A stretch of 54,285 bases of DNA, the filler included, from Sluysia triapertura (lineage: Eukaryota): the NCBI GenBank assembly GCA_046118255.1. It is 4 parts of 4 records of this genome, joined end to end, with 100 filler letters (N's around TTAATTAATTAA, not from the genome) between each part and the next. Parts side by side here need not be neighbours in the genome. Positions count along the whole stretch, not along the records: positions 43,164 to 54,285 come from JBJNIA010188576.1; 3 more parts are not named here. One strand, 5' to 3'. The notes under the pieces were generated by a model, which had not been told where the DNA came from, searched no databases, and was given only the letters and a program-made list of their open reading frames with translations. A program made the translations under genes and the position numbers. Of the stretch, positions 53,716 through 54,285 are shown piece after piece (position 1 is the stretch's first letter; each line of letters starts with the position of its first letter).

Positions 53716-54285
53716 TTTACTATTAACCTTGTGGCTTTTTCAATGATCAACCGATAATAGATTTAACATTAAACATAGATTGTGTAGTGGAGAGTTAGGT
53801 TAAGGAGAAGTGATGGTAATCATATTTCGTATTTTGTTCTTTGATAGACACCAATTGGTTAACTGTGCGGGTATAAATGCAGTCAATTCCATACTTTATA
53901 CAAATGCCGTTGTGGTTACTGCTGAATGGGCAGAATGCATTCTTGAATTGTTCATTTCCATGGTAATGTTAGCTAAAACTAGTAATTGTATATTTTGAGC
54001 GAAATTGTCAACATCATCGTTAATTATAATAGATTCGACATTTTAACGCATCCGTTGCAATATTTACTTGTGGTTTATCTAAACATCGATCATCATTAAA
54101 AACCAAATGTGACTCCACTAAAATTCCATATCCGCTAGTTTCGATCATATTGTGCTGTGTCTCAACAACATATCTGAAATTTTTAATTTTAAACTGGTGC
54201 TGGGTTCTTTTTTTTAACCTAAAGACTTACCTACAGCAAAATAATTAATATTTATGAGTCCGTTTACAGTATACGACTTACCTAT

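Overview
Very AT-rich eukaryotic DNA, probably from an animal: it has a FAM60A homologue and short GT-AG introns. It consists of four contigs joined by artificial 100-bp N-TTAATTAATTAA-N spacers, so adjacency across the spacers is not evidence of linkage. Most of the window is a transposon graveyard: Tc1/Tc3-like, mariner, Merlin-like, hAT and possible piggyBac remnants, Ty3/gypsy gag and pol relics, solo LTRs and (AAT)n microsatellites. Isolated host-gene pieces lie among them (FAM60A/SINHCAF, importin-5 C-terminus, an ERLEC1/OS-9 exon, USP-like and possibly calcineurin-like fragments). Three observations stand out. (1) An intronless in-frame FAM60A::importin-5 chimera is interrupted by a single TAG exactly at a conserved importin Tyr, followed by a potential hairpin. 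This could be readthrough, recoding or a young chimeric pseudogene. (2) A four-copy ~160-bp TGTT...AACA-bounded mobile cassette carries a tRNA-like Pol III gene. (3) A 439-codon ORF is built from scrambled, catalytically dead gypsy pol pieces with an 87-bp tandem repeat. All homology calls come from motif recognition by eye, not database searches.
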